Shown here: piece by piece, positions 60,601 to 64,000 of the stretch
Layout: each line of letters starts with the position of its first letter
How positions within the stretch are numbered: position 1 is the first letter of the stretch
Source: Anthoceros angustus
Lineage: Eukaryota; Plantae; Anthocerotophyta
Reading direction: 5' to 3'
Assembly (NCBI GenBank): GCA_010909165.1
Contig: MU008176.1
Coordinates: 488,856-552,855, forward strand
Length of the DNA: 64,000 nt
Position numbers and translations under genes: made by a program
The notes under the pieces: model-generated
The model's input: only the letters and a program-made list of their open reading frames with translations
Databases searched by the model: none
What the model was told of the DNA's origin: nothing

Positions 60601-62869
60601 GGTAGGCCTTTCAATGGTCTCCACACAAGTCTTTGCACCAAATCATACAGTTTGCGGTGTAGGCGCGCACCGCGCGTCTCCTATGCATCCTTCATCTCCA
60701 CCTTCCAGCCTCATCCCCACGGCTCCTCGCCGAGAATTGCACAAGTTTTCACCGTCCGCGATGATGGGCTTCGCCATGACCTCTTGATGCGGCCGTCTTG
60801 GCGCCCACCATCTTCCTCCTTCTTCCTTTGGCACGGAAGGCGCGCGCGTCCATGGGCACCCTTCACTGCCGTTTTGCGTGATGGCCAAGGTGGAACTTGG
60901 TGGCCTCAACACCCTCCGGACCTCGCGTACTTCCTCTGATGGGCGCTTTCATGCGCCTTCCTCCGGTTCAAACCCCAAATGCACCTCTGAGCAGGCCGAT
61001 TCGATCCTCCTTTTCGCCCGAGTAATGGCATGTCCGCCAAGGGTTTCGTCTCGGCGGCTCGATCATGTTAGCGTATGCCACTCGATTTGTGTTCCAGGAC
61101 GGTCCGCTTGAAGCGCTTGCGGGGTTTACCGGCTGCATCTGCCAGGTATGCAGCAGTTCGTGGGCGTAGCTATCACGGTTTCACTTTTGGTTCGCATTTG
61201 ATTCATTGTTTGAAGTGCGACAAGTGCACTCCGTAACACTTCAAACGGTATGCCGCGCCGTCCGGTTTGAACAATCTAGAATGGGCGCTTCACGGCCGTG
61301 CATACACGCCCTGTTCCACCATTTCCCCGCCGACAAATGTCGATGGCCTCCTCTCCCTTCATTCTTGATGCTTCGCTTGGCAAACCCGGCAAAGCGAACG
61401 CCTTACCTCAATTGCAGGTTCCACGGTCCTCGGTGCGAACAAAAGGCATGGGATCTTCCGGCTATCGGGCGTATCCGTCGACCCCCATTGTGTGGCATGC
61501 CACGATGATCGGGTCACATGCTTCCGTGTTTGGAATACTCCCTCTTAGATTCGATTGAAGTCCAAGTAACATATGAAATGCTCCTGTTGTACTGACGGCA
61601 ATGACGGCGCCCACAAAAAATTGTGTTGATCCAACTCCACAGGAGGATGCTCAATGTCCCACTGAGAAAGCGAGCCTCAGCATATTCCGCACTTTGTGGC
61701 CCGGTCCGTGCACATGACGCCGGTCCCATTCGTAACCGCCCTCACCACTAGCTTCCAACTCCACTTCTCCGATTGCGGGAACATCCATCGCTATCATTCC
61801 TCCACTGCGACCATAGGGTGCCATCCAACTGCTTTCCTCCACTTTCGAGCGGTGATTGCGGCGTCCTTCTCGTGGAAACTCCCACGAAGCCTCCATTGAC
61901 TTCTCACGAGCATGGTCGCTGGCGTTCCTATCTCGATGGTCGAGCACGCGATTGCAATCACGGTCTTGGTGCATCCACAACGGCACCAGCGTGCCATGCC
62001 AATTCTTTGCGCGTTCCGGCATTCCGTGCCCCATGCGTTGCACTGCCGCGAGGCACCTTCACTCCACCTCCAACCCATCGATGGGCATGGGCCATCTCTC
62101 CACGGTAGCGAAAATGAAATCTTTGTGCATTGCGGACAATCCGAACCTCCAATACCATGAGTACCCATTTCCCGGACGTGCCTCACATTTCTCGCCTCCC
62201 GGGCATGCCTGCTCTCGCCACAGTGAGTCGTGGAGTGGATTTGCGGGCTCTCCCACTCCACACCGGCTCCCCACGTCGCCGAGATTCGCGACCGTCGCTT
62301 CCACGGCCTCCTCCGCGCCGCCGTCCGGCATGCGTGATCCTCTTCGCATGGGCGCCCGGCGGCGTTGCGGCTCGCCGGGCGGTCACAGCGCCAAAGCGTG
62401 CTCAAGCCCCATCGCTCCAACCTCGCCGCCGGCGCGAACATTTGCATGTCGCCGGCGTTCCTCCACTTCTCCTTTCGTCCTGCGGCCCGGGCCTCCACCT
62501 CGCCGCCTCATGATCGTCGTGCTCGGTGGATCGTCCGACGCTCTCGTGTCGGCGCCCTCGAATGGATCATACTCGCTGCAAACACACAAGTTGTGAGGCT
62601 CCCAGAGATGCCGACGCATGCTTACATTTCTGCCAGGCCACATAGCCGCTTGTACGCTCGTTGTGGGCGGCGGCTGTCGCCTCCTTGAGCCGTACCAAGC
62701 ATGGTGGTGGGCAATGGAACGCCGCTGTGCAATCCACCTGCAATCAGCGAGGTTTGAGAATTCATGGGTGACGCGGATGCGGCTCGCGCTCAGGCCGACC
62801 TCTGTCTCCACTTGGTGCACCTCCGAGATCGGCGTCACGCCCCTCCCAAGGTGGGTGCGCCCAATCGGT

Positions 62870-63900
62870 GATCACCCGCCGCGCCAGCGGACGCCACTCC
62901 ACCTTCCGTTCGGACGGCGCCAGGTTGTCCATGGCGTCCTCACCTCCCCTCCCCTCCCCTCCCCTCTTTCCTCGCGATTGCTCCTTCCTGGCGCCGTGCG
63001 GCCGCCCCTCCTCCTCCACCGCCTCCCGTTTGAGCGCACCCATGGCGCTTTCATTGTGCGGAATCATAGGTCCACTTGCGGCCTCGGGATCGTCGAGATC
63101 CCCAGCGGCCGCCTTTACTCGCCTCCTCCCCGCCGCATCCGCATCATCCGCAGTGCCAACATGTGGAGTCATCGCCAGTCTGCGGTGCGATGCGATGCCT
63201 ACGCACCCTCAAATTTCTGCGTGCATTTTGAAACATTGGTGTGCGCATCGCACTCGATCCGTGCGGTGCACATCCGCAGCGATCGACGTCCACAACGCCC
63301 CCTCCCACGGTGGCTGCGCCAGTCGGTGGATCCTGCCACCGCGGCCAGCAGGCTGCCACTCCACCTCCCGTTCGGACGACTGCAACGGGATGTCCATGGC
63401 GTCCTCCCGACCCCTCGCCCCCTCCCCCTCCCCTCCCCTCTTTCCTCGCGATTGCTCCCTTCCTGCGCGCACGTGCCGGCCGCCCCTCCTCCTCCACCGC
63501 CTCCCCGTTTCGAGCGCACCAGCAGGGCATGCTTTCATTGTGCACGGAATCATAGGTCCACTGCGCGGCCTCGGGATCGTCGAGATCCCCAGCGACGCGC
63601 TTTACTCGCCTCCTCCCCGCATCCATCACGTGCCGCAGCTGCGGGCATATGCCAACATGTGGAGTCATCGCCGCTTCCTCTCGCGGCCGCGGTGATCGTC
63701 ACGAGGCTACCCACCTCAAATTTCTGGCGTGCATTTTCGAACATTGAGCTGCCGTGCGCGCCGCACTCCTTACAGCGATCCGCTGCGGTACAGCAGCGAT
63801 GCCATGCGGCTACTGCGGCTACTCAAATTTCTGGCGTGCATTTTCAGCAAACATTGATGCCGCCGCGCACTCCGCCACAACGCTCGAGGCGGTTGCACCT
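62870..63900. repeat. About 460-bp diverged tandem repeat (2 full copies plus partial units), indel-rich
   Basis: Blocks ccactccacc..cgttcggacg, ggaatcataggtccact, gcctcgggatcgtcgagatcccc, ccaacatgtggagtcatcg and ctcaaatttct..gcgtgcatttt recur at ~62890/63350, ~63060/63547 and ~63210/63715/63825. Confidence 0.85.
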
Positions 63901-64000
63901 CAGCGTCGCGGCTGCCAATGCAGCAGCCGCCGCTCGCAACCTGCCCGAAATCGAAATCGTCATCCGCAGTTCCAACGAATTACATGAACCGCATGGCGGA

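Larger units (their letters stand above)
58548..64000 (-). mobile_element. IS3EU-like DNA transposon (left end near 58548; other end not found in the window)
   Basis: Begins TATGG; 13-bp subterminal repeat ccgatctcgtcac at 58557 and 58685; integrase-type DDE gene at about 59330-60600; GC-rich repetitive interior. The extent to the right is inferred. Confidence 0.6.

Noticed and set aside
58548-64000. CACTA or MULE identity for the right-hand element
   Set aside because: No CACTA terminus or Tnp2/MuDR motifs; the catalytic motifs are integrase/IS3-like

Overview
Eukaryotic, gene-dense land-plant nuclear DNA with short spliceosomal introns. The flagellar gene CCDC113/CFAP263, decayed PLS-type PPR genes and an intact propionyl-CoA carboxylase beta gene suggest a seed-free plant such as a lycophyte or hornwort; this is inference and the species cannot be named. 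Intact genes in order: GT29 galactosyltransferase (GALT29A-like), CCDC113, BOP-like BTB-ankyrin, two membrane-anchored FkbM-like methyltransferase paralogs, a secreted right-handed beta-helix protein, peroxiredoxin Q, an intronless PI4-kinase alpha, AUG5, an Iojap/RsfS-like gene, TRM1, an orphan 164-aa protein and PCCB. The 16.7-30.4 kb region is mostly decayed sequence: an RLE-type LINE remnant, a 5'-truncated RPL27 joined to a dead PPR, an LRR pseudogene, a second PPR pseudogene and several short tandem duplications. From about 58.5 kb to the window end lies an IS3EU-like, intron-containing DDE transposon. No rRNA, tRNA or CRISPR arrays were recognised. Family assignments come from motif recognition by eye, not database searches.
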